A DNA stretch of 64,000 nucleotides from Candidatus Hydrogenedens sp. (GTDB lineage: Bacteria > Hydrogenedentota > Hydrogenedentia > Hydrogenedentales > Hydrogenedentaceae): positions 64,001 through 128,000 of the forward strand of contig JBMFRC010000007.1 of the NCBI GenBank assembly GCA_049968235.1, given 5' to 3'. Shown here piece after piece: positions 20,284-32,846 of this stretch; within the stretch, counting starts at the first letter, position 1, and every line of letters begins with the position of its first letter. The position numbers were made by a program, and so were the translations under genes. Under the pieces are notes generated by a model, which was not told the origin of the DNA, did no database searches, and saw only the letters and a list, made by a program, of their open reading frames with translations.

Positions 20284-21000
20284 TTATAAAGTAATACTTT
20301 TTAACGCTTTTACATTTTTTGCAACCTGTTCCCAATTCACAACATTCCACCAGGCTTTTACATATTCGCCACGATTATTTTGATATTTCAAGTAGTATGC
20401 ATGTTCCCATACATCTATACCCAATACCGGGAACACACCCCACGGCGATAGTTTATGCTGGTTTTCTGCTTGAAGTACAATCAATTTTCCATCCGTTGGA
20501 CGATAATGTAATAAAGCCCAGCCTCCTCCTTCTACCGCATTTGCTGCAGCAGAGAAGTGGTTCTGAAACGCATCGAAGGAACCAAAATCTCTTTCAATAA
20601 GTTCCAACAATTCACCGGAAGGTTTGCCTCCCCCACCATTATTCGGAGGTGCCATAATTTTCCAAAACATACTATGCAAGAAATGTCCTCCGCCATGAAA
20701 TGCGGATTGTTTTGACCAATGTTGTACCAAAGCGAAATCATTCTTAGCTCGTGCTTCTTCAAGAGCCTTTTCTGCTGTATTTAGCCCTTTTACATACGCC
20801 GCATGATGTTTGGAATGATGCAACTCCATAGTTCGCGCATCAATATAAGGCTCCAGTGCATCATACGCATAAGGCAACTCCGGAAGTTTGTGTTCCTGAC
20901 TTCCATTTCCGGTCTGACCGAATACCGGTGCTCCAATAATTGAACTCGCGGTTATTATGGAACTACTTGCTAATAAAAATTCTCTGCGTGAAGTATTCAT
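20284..21000 (-). CDS. sodA: Fe/Mn superoxide dismutase with twin-arginine signal peptide
   Basis: SRREFLLASSSI TAT motif, then LPELPYAYDALEPYID...HHSKHH SOD N-terminal domain. Confidence 0.9.
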   Translation of the reverse strand: MNTSRREFLLASSSIITASSIIGAPVFGQTGNGSQEHKLPELPYAYDALEPYIDARTMELHHSKHHAAYVKGLNTAEKALEEARAKNDFALVQHWSKQSAFHGGGHFLHSMFWKIMAPPNNGGGGKPSGELLELIERDFGSFDAFQNHFSAAANAVEGGGWALLHYRPTDGKLIVLQAENQHKLSPWGVFPVLGIDVWEHAYYLKYQNNRGEYVKAWWNVVNWEQVAKNVKALKSITL

Positions 21001-21215
21001 TGTTTTCTCCTTCGTTTTATTGTTGAATTACTTGTTTTCAATTTCGATTTACATAACACAAAGTACCTTCTCAATATTCCCTAAAAAAACTCTTCAATAA
21101 ATCCCAAATAAGATTTTGTTGTTGGAAAACCAAAACTAATAAGAGTCATTTGCATGAAGATTAAAAATTAGAAAGAAAACAATAAAATATAAAGGAGGGA
21201 CAGTGGATAAAAATA

Positions 21216-22634
21216 TTACTCTTGAGCAGAGGAATAAGGGGGTATGGCTGAAACATGAACGGGGATTAGGAAATGTATAAATATTACGGAACAAATTCCT
21301 ATAACGCCGGAAATAATCATTACCAAATCGAGCCCTGTAATCTGTATTATTGGAGCAAAAAATAATCGTAAAGGTATCCGCATAAAATGTAAATATGTAC
21401 TTAAAGGAATCTGTAATACAGTTCCGTATTCTGCAATATAACCTGCTAAAATAGGGGCTATTCCTGCAACCAAACCGTTCAAGGAACTATTTAGAGCTAA
21501 GGGTGCTGTAGCTTTACCACGAGGAGTTGTAGAAAAAATAAGATTCGTAAGGCACAAATTAATTCCTGCCACACAAATGCCAGAAATAACATGAAGGAAC
21601 AATATTAAATACCATTGAATAATATCATTTTTCAATTCTGCAGATATAAACCATGAAAAAACCGTAGCAAAGAAAATAGGAATACATAGGTATAGTAAAG
21701 AACGATTTCCATACCTTGTAGAGAATTTTTTCCAGTAGGCAAAAGAAATGACATTAGCAAATTGGTTCAAAACGGTTAAACAGATAATAATCAATAAGGA
21801 ATAACCAATTCGTTTCATTAGAAAAACCGGTAAAAAAGGATTGGCAAAATTAAAAATAGCGTTCCAGATGATACAAAATATCATTGTCTTACGAAAGTAA
21901 GTATTTTTTAAAGATTCTTTGAATGGTTTCCAGAAAGAGTAGCTCTGATGCGAAGAACGACTTTGTTCATAAAAAGGATTGTACAAATCTCGAACATTAT
22001 GTATTGCGATCGATGAACCTAATCCCAAAATTCCTGCAAGGGTAAATACTCCCGAATAGCCAAAAAGCATGTATTGCGAATGATTATTTTTTATAAATTC
22101 CAGACCCAAGGCACCGATAAAACTCGCAACCGCTCCTAATAAAGTGGCAAAGATAAACCGTTGAGTTAATACCTGGTAAAAGGTCTCGGGATTGAAGAAA
22201 TCGCGAAACCATGTGCTAAAAGCACAACCACCCACATTTGCCGATGATACATAGATAACATATAAAACGAAGAATATAGGAAGAACCTGGCTTTTGATAA
22301 AAAAGATAGGAATAAGTCCACAAAATAATACTGCTACTCTACTTAAAGTTAGAGCAAATAAAGCAATAAATTTTCTTTTAGGGTATCTTTCCACTAAGAA
22401 TGTCGCTGGTATTTGTAAAATTTGAGCCAGTGGAATAAGTGCATTTAACAGCCCAACAACAACATAACTTGCTCCGAGATATAAAGCAAAAGCACTTAGA
22501 AAGGCTCCCGTGCTAAGGCTTGTCATACCTTGTGCTAAGGTTGCATCAATAACAAAAAAATTTTTATTTTTATCAATATAATTGCTATTGATATCCTGTA
22601 AATCTTTCTGATTTGTAGAAACAAGAATACTCAT
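21216..22634 (-). CDS. MFS-type transporter
   Basis: 472 aa, about 12 predicted TM helices with an internal duplication pattern. Confidence 0.7.
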   Translation of the reverse strand: MSILVSTNQKDLQDINSNYIDKNKNFFVIDATLAQGMTSLSTGAFLSAFALYLGASYVVVGLLNALIPLAQILQIPATFLVERYPKRKFIALFALTLSRVAVLFCGLIPIFFIKSQVLPIFFVLYVIYVSSANVGGCAFSTWFRDFFNPETFYQVLTQRFIFATLLGAVASFIGALGLEFIKNNHSQYMLFGYSGVFTLAGILGLGSSIAIHNVRDLYNPFYEQSRSSHQSYSFWKPFKESLKNTYFRKTMIFCIIWNAIFNFANPFLPVFLMKRIGYSLLIIICLTVLNQFANVISFAYWKKFSTRYGNRSLLYLCIPIFFATVFSWFISAELKNDIIQWYLILFLHVISGICVAGINLCLTNLIFSTTPRGKATAPLALNSSLNGLVAGIAPILAGYIAEYGTVLQIPLSTYLHFMRIPLRLFFAPIIQITGLDLVMIISGVIGICSVIFIHFLIPVHVSAIPPYSSAQE

Positions 22635-22712
22635 TTGTCAATATATAGTAGTAGTTTTGCTATTATACAATATGTTGTTATTAAAAAATAAAAAAAATTA
22701 GAATATAAAAAA

Positions 22713-22734
22713 TAGTGCATCCTTAGATGCACTA
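22713..22734. promoter_or_regulatory. perfect 9-4-9 inverted repeat TAGTGCATC-CTTA-GATGCACTA flanked by A-tract and T-tract in a divergent promoter region
   Basis: Seen directly. Lies between the MFS (minus) and recF (plus) starts; candidate operator or small hairpin. Confidence 0.3.
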
Positions 22735-22868
22735 CAATATTATCTTTATTTTTTGTTTATGTGTTTACTTTCGTAATATTATACCACAAACATTAGAAAA
22801 AGTTACATTTATTTCATAATAATCCTCAAAAAAGTAAAAAAGTTTCACTCTTCGTAAAAATTAAAGAT

Positions 22869-23951
22869 ATGTACTTGAAAAATTTTTATGCACGGTCTTT
22901 CCGATGTATTACGGATTTAAATGTAGAATTTCATCCGGAGATGAATATTATTATAGGAGCCAATGCACAGGGCAAAACTTCTTTATTGGAGGCAGTCCAT
23001 TTCTTATCATTAGCTCGTAGTTTAAGGACAAATAATGAAAGGGAATTGGTGCAATATGAAAAGGATGGTTTTTTACTTAAAGGGGAAGTTATATCTGATG
23101 AGAAAATAACGGAGTCAATATTCATTGATATGAAATGGGTAAAAGGAGATAAGAGGATTCATGTCAATGGTATTGGTCTTGAAAGAGTAAGCGAATTAAT
23201 TGGAAAGATGCGTATAGTATTCCTGACAAGTGATTTTTCCGACCTTGTAAGTGAAGGGGCAAGTCATCGCAGGCGGTTTATGGACGTCCAACTTTCCCAG
23301 ATGGATAGTGGATACCTTCATGCACTGCAAGGGTACCAGCGAGCGCTTCGTCAAAGGAATGAATTACTTCGCAAACCCGATGTAAAACAAGATGAATTAT
23401 GGGTTTGGGAATTACAAATGGCTGAATTTGCCAGAACGCTTATTGGTAAGCGGAGTAGTTTTATAAAAAGTATCAAACCTTTTGCATCGGATATTCACAC
23501 CCAGATTATATCAGATGAAAAATTAGAAATTTGTTATTTACCGGATGTTGCGGAAGAAGTATTTTTGAAGAAATTAGAAGAGAATCGTAATACAGATATT
23601 CAGAGAGGGCAAACAATTCATGGTCCACATAGAGACGATATAGAAGTAAGGATTAATGGCTATCCTGTTCGTCAATATGCATCACAAGGGCAGAAAAAAA
23701 CCTGTGCCTATGCAATACGTATTTCAGAAATTTATCTAAGTAAAGAGGGGAAGAAAGATTGTCCCATCGTGCTTGCAGATGAATTATTTTCAGACATTGA
23801 CCCACAACGAGGGAAAAAATTTTTAGAAACAATTCCGGAAGGAGTGCAGGTTATAATAACAGCAGTAGATGAAATTTTTTGTCGGAATTTAGAAAGAAAT
23901 TTTGATATGTATCGAATAAGGAGAGGTAGTCTTGAAAGGTCACAGGAGTAA
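22869..23951 (+). CDS. recF: DNA replication and repair protein RecF
   Basis: Walker A GANAQGKTSLLEAV at the N-terminus; RecF-family length and C-terminal signature region. Confidence 0.9.
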   Translation: MYLKNFYARSFRCITDLNVEFHPEMNIIIGANAQGKTSLLEAVHFLSLARSLRTNNERELVQYEKDGFLLKGEVISDEKITESIFIDMKWVKGDKRIHVNGIGLERVSELIGKMRIVFLTSDFSDLVSEGASHRRRFMDVQLSQMDSGYLHALQGYQRALRQRNELLRKPDVKQDELWVWELQMAEFARTLIGKRSSFIKSIKPFASDIHTQIISDEKLEICYLPDVAEEVFLKKLEENRNTDIQRGQTIHGPHRDDIEVRINGYPVRQYASQGQKKTCAYAIRISEIYLSKEGKKDCPIVLADELFSDIDPQRGKKFLETIPEGVQVIITAVDEIFCRNLERNFDMYRIRRGSLERSQE

Positions 23952-24243
23952 ACCTAAAAAAATATCAGAAATAATTTCAAATATTAAAAACTCAGAGGCT
24001 CTTAAATTAAGTTTTGAATTAGTTCCCATATGGAATCAATGGAAACAGATTGTGGGTGAAGAATTTTCATCGCTGTCAGAACCATCCGGATACCGACGGG
24101 GAAAACTTCACATAAAAGTGAAGAATACCACTGTTATGCACCGATTAACCTTTGAGAAGGAACAGATATTAAGAAAGATAAAAGAAATTCTTCCAAAGGA
24201 TGTTGTTAAAGATTTATTCTTTGAACTGGATGAAAAAGAATAG
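23932..24243 (+). CDS. DUF721-family protein commonly found downstream of recF
   Basis: 103 aa, overlaps recF by 20 nt; KLHIKVKNTTVMHRL...ILRKIKEIL pattern typical of DUF721. Confidence 0.65.
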   Translation: MKGHRSKPKKISEIISNIKNSEALKLSFELVPIWNQWKQIVGEEFSSLSEPSGYRRGKLHIKVKNTTVMHRLTFEKEQILRKIKEILPKDVVKDLFFELDEKE

Positions 24244-24268
24244 TAAAAATTTTTTGTGGTTTCGTTTT

Positions 24269-26803
24269 TTATTCCGAATTTTGCTCGTTTTCAGGGGTAT
24301 TTTCAAACAAGTCACCCGTTTCATCTTCATTTTCTTCTTCGGTGTAAGAACCTTCGGGTAATTCTCCTTCCGCGTCACTTTTTTTAATGGCTTTATCGGC
24401 GGAAGCAATTTTTGCTCCTTCACGTAGGTTCATTAATTGCACACCTTTGGTATTTCGACCAATCACGCGGATACTTTTAACGGGTATACGAAGCATTTTC
24501 CCATCCGTGGCAACAACTACAATATCTTCATCATCACTCACGGTGAGCATGGTAACTACATTACCATTACGTTCCTGCGTCTGTATGTTGATAATACCCT
24601 TTCCTCCACGATGCTGAATACGGTATTCCTTTACTTCTGTCCGCTTACCATAACCGTTTTCTGTAACGGTAAGAACGGTTAAATTATCTTTGGCAACAGA
24701 TACACCTACGACATAGTCATCTTTATCAAGACGAATACCTACTACTCCCTGAGCAGTTCTACCCATAGGACGAACATCTTTTTCAGGGAATCTTATTGCA
24801 AGACCTCTATGAGTTGCTAAAAGGACATTATCTATTCCGGAGGTAACAAGAACATCCATGAGTTCGTCACCTTGTTCTAAAGTAATTGCCTGGATACCTG
24901 TGGAACGAGGTTTGCTATAAGCGAATAATGGCGTTTTCTTGACGAGTCCTTTCCTAGTTACCATAAAGAGGAATTTACTTTCATCTTTTAGATTTTTTAT
25001 CGAAAGGAAAGCGGTAACTTTTTCCTTATCCCCAAGAGCAAGCAAATTCTTGATATTCCTTCCTCTTGCTGTTCTACCTGCTTCAGGAATCTCATGTACT
25101 TTTCGCCAATAAACACGCCCTTCATTGGTGAAAAACATGAGGTATTCATGAGCGGTAGCAGTAAAAACATGTTTTACAAAGTCATCTTCGGGAGTTTCCA
25201 TTCCCATAACCCCCTGACCTCTTCGTCGTTGTTTGCGAGATGTTGTCTGAGGCATGCGTTTAATATATCCCTGATTGGATACCGTTATAATCATGGCTTC
25301 GTCGGCAATAAGGTCTTCAATATCAAAATCTTCTATTGTCTCTAAAATCTCGGTTTTTCTCTCATCTCCATATTTTTCACGAATTTTCTCCACTTCTTTC
25401 CGAACTTCAGCAAGAATGTTCTCACGACTGGAAAGTATGTGCTTAAGCCGTTTAATTTCTTTAAGCAGGTTGTCGTATTCTTCCTGTAATTCTTTTCGTT
25501 CTAATCCGGTTAATCTCCGTAGAGGCATGGCAAGAATGGCTTTCGCCTGTTCAACAGAAATGTCTAATTTCTTACATAATTTTGTTTGTGCTTCTTCTGC
25601 GTTTGCAGATTTCCGTATTAAATTAATTACTTCGTCAATCTGGTCAATGGCTTTTAATAAGCCTTCAAGGATATGTGCACGTCTTTCTGCCTGTTCTAAA
25701 TCAAAACGAGTTCTTCGTTCTACAATTTCAGATCTATACTGGACATAGTGTTGAATCATGTCTTTCAGATTTAATACGCGAGGGATATTATTTACTAATG
25801 CTAAAAAATGGATTCGTGATGTATTTTGTAATTGTGTATGCTGGTATAGTTGATTTAGGACAACCTGAGGATTGGCATCACTTTTGAGTTCAATAATTAA
25901 ACGCATACCTTCACGGTCAGACTCATCACGGAGGTCAGTTATACCGGATACTTTATTATTTTCTACCGCCTTTGCAATAGATTCAATAACGGTTTGTTTT
26001 GTAACCTGATATGGAATTTCTTCAACAAGCAAACTTTTCTTTTTCGTCTTTTCTTGAGAAACAACTTTAATTCTTGCCCGAAGTTTTACCTGGCCCGTTC
26101 CAGTTTTATAGGCACGGCGAATCCCTTCCTTACCGCAGATAATAGCCCCAGTGGGGAAATCGGGTCCCGGAACAATTTCCATAAATTCTTCTACAGGAGC
26201 GGAGGGATTATCTATGTAGTAAATAATTGCATTACAGATTTCTGTTAAATTATGCGGGGGACAGTCTGTAGCCATGCCAACAGCAATACCATAAGACCCG
26301 TTTACAAGGAGGTTCGGGAAACCGGAAGGTAAAACAGTGGGTTCATCGAGACGACCATCGAAATTGGGACGCATCTCAACAGTATTTTTTTCTATATCCG
26401 TCAACATTTCTAAAGCAATGGGTGTTAACCTTGCTTCGGTATATCGATATGCTGCTGGACTGTCTCCATCAATAGAACCAAAGTTCCCCTGTCCATCAAC
26501 CATCGGATAACGCATGTTCCAATCTTGTGCTAATCGAACAAGAGCATCATAAACTGCCTGGTCCCCGTGTGGATGATATTTTCCGAGACATTCACCGACA
26601 ATAGTAGCACACTTGCGGTATGGACGATTGGGTGTTAATCCTAATTGATGCATAACAAAGAGTATTCGTCTTTGAACCGGTTTCAGCCCATCACGAATAT
26701 CGGGCAATGCACGGCTTACAATTACACTCATGGAATAATCGAGGAAAGCGGTTTGCATTTCCTGTTCAATAGGGACTGGCTTTATATTCTGATTCACCGC
26801 CAT
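24269..26803 (-). CDS. gyrA: DNA gyrase subunit A
   Basis: AFLDYSMSVIVSRALPDIRDGLKPVQRRIL, active-site Tyr region, C-terminal beta-pinwheel repeats and an acidic tail. Confidence 0.95.
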   Translation of the reverse strand: MAVNQNIKPVPIEQEMQTAFLDYSMSVIVSRALPDIRDGLKPVQRRILFVMHQLGLTPNRPYRKCATIVGECLGKYHPHGDQAVYDALVRLAQDWNMRYPMVDGQGNFGSIDGDSPAAYRYTEARLTPIALEMLTDIEKNTVEMRPNFDGRLDEPTVLPSGFPNLLVNGSYGIAVGMATDCPPHNLTEICNAIIYYIDNPSAPVEEFMEIVPGPDFPTGAIICGKEGIRRAYKTGTGQVKLRARIKVVSQEKTKKKSLLVEEIPYQVTKQTVIESIAKAVENNKVSGITDLRDESDREGMRLIIELKSDANPQVVLNQLYQHTQLQNTSRIHFLALVNNIPRVLNLKDMIQHYVQYRSEIVERRTRFDLEQAERRAHILEGLLKAIDQIDEVINLIRKSANAEEAQTKLCKKLDISVEQAKAILAMPLRRLTGLERKELQEEYDNLLKEIKRLKHILSSRENILAEVRKEVEKIREKYGDERKTEILETIEDFDIEDLIADEAMIITVSNQGYIKRMPQTTSRKQRRRGQGVMGMETPEDDFVKHVFTATAHEYLMFFTNEGRVYWRKVHEIPEAGRTARGRNIKNLLALGDKEKVTAFLSIKNLKDESKFLFMVTRKGLVKKTPLFAYSKPRSTGIQAITLEQGDELMDVLVTSGIDNVLLATHRGLAIRFPEKDVRPMGRTAQGVVGIRLDKDDYVVGVSVAKDNLTVLTVTENGYGKRTEVKEYRIQHRGGKGIINIQTQERNGNVVTMLTVSDDEDIVVVATDGKMLRIPVKSIRVIGRNTKGVQLMNLREGAKIASADKAIKKSDAEGELPEGSYTEEENEDETGDLFENTPENEQNSE

Positions 26804-26840
26804 GTTTTTCTCCTAAGGTGTTTTATGTATCTATTAGAAA

Positions 26841-29315
<2,475 letters not shown>

Positions 29316-29473
29316 TTACAAGGGAAGGAATTAAGTAAGTTTATTATATCAAATTACGATAATAAAGGGCAATAAAAAATACTTAAAAATAAATACTTAA
29401 TTGAAGAAAAATATAATTCATTAGAGGAGAAATTGTTTGCAAATAAGAATCAATCAATAATTTAGAAAAAAAA

Positions 29474-29550
29474 TGGTGGGCGATACTGGACTTGAACCAG
29501 TGACCCCTTGCATGTCAAGCAAGTACTCTAACCACCTGAGCTAATCGCCC
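29474..29550 (-). tRNA. tRNA-Val (anticodon GAC)
   Basis: Minus-strand read GGGCGAT-TA-GCTC-AGGTGGTTA-GAGT-A-CTTGC-TTGACAT-GCAAG-GGGTC-ACTGG-TTCAAGT-CCAGT-ATCGCCC-ACCA folds as a cloverleaf with 7/7 acceptor pairs and CCA encoded. Confidence 0.85.
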
Positions 29551-29650
29551 ACTCAATATAATGTGGATATAAATTATAACAATCTATTGATGTATTGTCA
29601 AATTATTAAATATTAAGACATTGGGTGTTGTGGTGTGTTGGTTTGAAATA

Positions 29651-30979
29651 TTATATATTTGGATTGAATGGATATTTGTTCTCGGGTAGAACTTTCATTT
29701 GTGTACAAATACTATACGGATTTCCAAAGGAACCAGGAAAACGGACTTCAATGTAGTATGCACTCCAGCCAGTTCTAGGTTCGCTTAATTTTGCTTTGGC
29801 TTTTCCCTTTCCTTTTAAGGGTGCACTTTCCCATTTGGAGTTTCTAAAATCACGGTTATTAGAATCGGCTTTCCAGAGATAGGCAGTTCCTTCCGGGTTG
29901 TCCCATTTTACTGTAATTACATTTCTTTTTGAAACTTCCCATGAGATAGAAGGAAATGATTTTTTTTCTTTTATTTTTAGGAAAAATTCTGCTAATGTTG
30001 CAATACCTGATGGAGATACATCATGACCTGTATTGGGTTGGTAACATAAATATTTTGGAGCAGGAAGACCAGGGAAGTATAAATTGGCAGAATCCACAGT
30101 CCAATAGGGGTCATTGGTGCCAAGGATAATTAATTTGGGTAGAGTGAGTGAATTCCTGTAACTATAGGGGTCAACAATACTTAATAATTGTTCTCCTTTA
30201 GGTGAATGCATCCTTTGCGGGATTTTAAGACGGGTATAATCTTCAATCTCACTGCTGAAAGTTCCATAACACTCTAATTGATGAAGCATTTGTTGCTTCA
30301 TATTTAGCACATCAATCACAACGGGAGCAATAGCAACCACTCGAGGGTCACCCGTGGCTGAGGTTAGCCATGTGGTCCAACCTCTTTTGGAGCCACCTGT
30401 AAGAACAAATCGTTTGATTTCGTGATTATCTGTATCCTTCTGAACGGACTGGATGGTATCCATAGCACGAACAGCACTCTTTACCATAGGTAATAATAAA
30501 GGCCATTCGTCACCTTCGCCATTAAGATACTTATCATAGGTGTATGAAATAATTTCATCCTCATTTCTACCGTCAAAAAGGGGTTGATTGGGAACTTGAG
30601 AAAGAACTGCTATAACGGAATTTGTTTTTTTTGCAACTGTGAGAGCAATTTTAAATTCTATAGAATTAATATTGGGCTCTTTTTGTTTATTTGAACCGCC
30701 ACTAATGACAAGCATGGATATATCAGAATTCTTTATTTCAGGTGGGCATAGCAGAACGAGCCAATGTGTCCATACTATATTTTGCCATGTCTGTGATGTT
30801 AACTGAACGATCTTTACTTTGCAACCTTCAACATCTTTCGTATCCATAATTTCATAAGAATAGGTCGGGTCGGGTTTGCTCACATAATTTTTTAAGTCAG
30901 CATGAGTAATAGAAGAGATAAATAAAAAATTTAAAAATAAAGGAAAGATGAACACAATAAATAACCTATGCTTTTTCAT
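29651..30979 (-). CDS. secreted protein, probable alpha/beta-hydrolase fold
   Basis: Signal peptide; VLTGGSKRGWTTW elbow-like motif. Family assignment uncertain. Confidence 0.45.
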   Translation of the reverse strand: MKKHRLFIVFIFPLFLNFLFISSITHADLKNYVSKPDPTYSYEIMDTKDVEGCKVKIVQLTSQTWQNIVWTHWLVLLCPPEIKNSDISMLVISGGSNKQKEPNINSIEFKIALTVAKKTNSVIAVLSQVPNQPLFDGRNEDEIISYTYDKYLNGEGDEWPLLLPMVKSAVRAMDTIQSVQKDTDNHEIKRFVLTGGSKRGWTTWLTSATGDPRVVAIAPVVIDVLNMKQQMLHQLECYGTFSSEIEDYTRLKIPQRMHSPKGEQLLSIVDPYSYRNSLTLPKLIILGTNDPYWTVDSANLYFPGLPAPKYLCYQPNTGHDVSPSGIATLAEFFLKIKEKKSFPSISWEVSKRNVITVKWDNPEGTAYLWKADSNNRDFRNSKWESAPLKGKGKAKAKLSEPRTGWSAYYIEVRFPGSFGNPYSICTQMKVLPENKYPFNPNI

Positions 30980-31033
30980 AAAAAGTCTCCTATTAAAGGG
31001 TTTAATAAAAACTATTTATATTAAGACACACCA

Positions 31034-32185
31034 TTATTTAAAACGGTTTCTCTTCTGAAAATGAGAAAGGTCATGAGGTAAGATATCTTCTTTTCTTATT
31101 CTTCCGGGGGAAATGCCATCTTGTTCAATACTTTTTCGAATCCGTAGATAAGATTCATAGCGGATAATGGATATTTCTCCTCTTTTAATTGCTTCACGGA
31201 CGGCGCAGTTAGGTTCATGAACGTGGGAACAGTCATTAAAACGGCACATTTCAGAAAATCGGGATATTTCCGGAAAGTAATAATCAAGGGAACGCGGGTC
31301 TATATCCCAGAAACCTAAGGAACGGATACCAGGAGTATCAATTAATTTGCCACCATTGGATAAGCAGTAAAGATGTGTATTGGTAGTAGCATGTTTCCCT
31401 TTTTCCGTTTTTTGACTGATTTCAAGTGTTACTGCATCTACATCGGGACAAATACATCGAAGAAGGGAAGTTTTACCTACACCGCTATGTCCTGCTAACA
31501 CACCTATTTTATTTTCTAATAGTTTTATAATTTCTCCAATTCCTTGTTTCTTCACACAACTGGTAAAGATTGTTTTTAATCCGAGATTTTGATAAATTTT
31601 AACTTCTTCAGGTAGGGTATCTATAAGGTCTATTTTATTGATAACAATTACAGGTTCCACATTCCCATTTTCAGCGACGATAAGAAATCGGTCTATAAGC
31701 CCGGATTTAAATGTAGGCTGTTTTACAGATGCGACAATGAATAGAATGTCTACATTGGCGGAGATAACTTGTTCGGGTGGTCCTTCACGGTCAACAGAAA
31801 GCCTGCTTAATTTCGATTTACGTGGTGCAATTCCTCGAATAATAGGTTCTCCATCTTCCTGATAATCAACAAGTACGCGGTCACCCGGTGCAATAAGACT
31901 GGACTCTTTTTCGCGTAGTCGTTCATCTATTTTACATTGGAGTTCTTCCTTGTTTATTGAATTGTCAAGAAGAACAAAAGCCCATTTCTTACTATGGGAA
32001 ACTACAATGGCATTGGGTTCAAATGTCTCAGGAAGATAGGGGTTGTGTTGTGGATTTTCTGGAAGATGAACTTCTGCTCGTCTGAGACGAGACGAATCCT
32101 TTGAGAACGCTTCATCATAGCGATTTTCCCAGTTTTTTATACGAGTTTCCGACCTTTTGCTTTTTTCTAATTTTTTCTTTTTCAC
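31034..32185 (-). CDS. rsgA: ribosome small-subunit-dependent GTPase A
   Basis: Circularly permuted GTPase (GHSGVGKTSLL) and C-terminal zinc-binding CRFNDCSHVHEPNCAV; about 90-aa lysine-rich N-terminal extension. Confidence 0.85.
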   Translation of the reverse strand: MKKKKLEKSKRSETRIKNWENRYDEAFSKDSSRLRRAEVHLPENPQHNPYLPETFEPNAIVVSHSKKWAFVLLDNSINKEELQCKIDERLREKESSLIAPGDRVLVDYQEDGEPIIRGIAPRKSKLSRLSVDREGPPEQVISANVDILFIVASVKQPTFKSGLIDRFLIVAENGNVEPVIVINKIDLIDTLPEEVKIYQNLGLKTIFTSCVKKQGIGEIIKLLENKIGVLAGHSGVGKTSLLRCICPDVDAVTLEISQKTEKGKHATTNTHLYCLSNGGKLIDTPGIRSLGFWDIDPRSLDYYFPEISRFSEMCRFNDCSHVHEPNCAVREAIKRGEISIIRYESYLRIRKSIEQDGISPGRIRKEDILPHDLSHFQKRNRFK

Positions 32186-32261
32186 AATCCTGTAAATTCA
32201 AATAAGGTTATTTTATATAAATTGAAAAGATTATACATGTTCTATGAATTGTTTTAAAGTT

Positions 32262-32774
32262 TTATTTCACTTTTGATTTATTTGTCTTCCGTGTAGTTAT
32301 CCTCTGCTTTGGGGAAGTATAAAGATAGGCACATACAGATTTCATTTTACAGTTAACAAAAGGCAGAAGGTCTTCGTCCGGTAGTGGTTTTTGAATTATT
32401 TTGTCTAATGTCCATTTTCTAAGTGTAGCAGTAAGTGCCAAACGGACTTCATACATGGCTTTATGAAAAGCACATACATGTTCCATATCATCTATGTCTT
32501 TGCAGTAATCCCCTAAAATTTTCCCTTCACATGCTTCTACAATTTCAAGGAGTGTAATTTGCTCCGGAGGAAGATTTAAAGAAAAACCTCCAGAAGGTCC
32601 TCTGTGCGCATTAAGAATTCGTGATTTGGTAAGAAGTGTCATAATTTTGGAAAGGTAAGAAGTAGAAATATGAATGTGTTTTGTAAGTTCAAGATGTGAA
32701 ATAGTTTTTTTTTCTTTATGAAGAGCTATAAATGTTAGTGCCTGTATAGCAGTGATTGTTGTATTGCTGAACAT
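32262..32774 (-). CDS. Rrf2-family transcriptional regulator (NsrR/IscR-like)
   Basis: wHTH (ISHLELTKHIHISTSYLSKIMTLL...GPSGGFSL) and 3 Cys in the C-terminal half (C-x6-C plus a distal C). Start moved to MFSNTTITAIQ. Confidence 0.8.
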   Translation of the reverse strand: MFSNTTITAIQALTFIALHKEKKTISHLELTKHIHISTSYLSKIMTLLTKSRILNAHRGPSGGFSLNLPPEQITLLEIVEACEGKILGDYCKDIDDMEHVCAFHKAMYEVRLALTATLRKWTLDKIIQKPLPDEDLLPFVNCKMKSVCAYLYTSPKQRITTRKTNKSKVK

Positions 32775-32846
32775 AAAAAGAATCCTACTATCTTGTAATG
32801 TACTTGGGGAACAGATATAGGACAATCTGTTCCCCTTTATTTGTAA

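Noticed and set aside
21203-21280. AAGGAGGG followed by GTG and a 25-codon frame on the plus strand
   Set aside because: It overlaps the 3' end of the MFS gene on the other strand. The SD-like run is probably coincidental, and the peptide has no features.
25275-25748. 157-aa plus-strand ORF, and several other 60-110-aa ORFs, antisense inside gyrA and gyrB
   Set aside because: They are fully embedded antisense to strongly supported gyrase genes, are Ser/Arg-rich and low-complexity, and are typical shadow ORFs.
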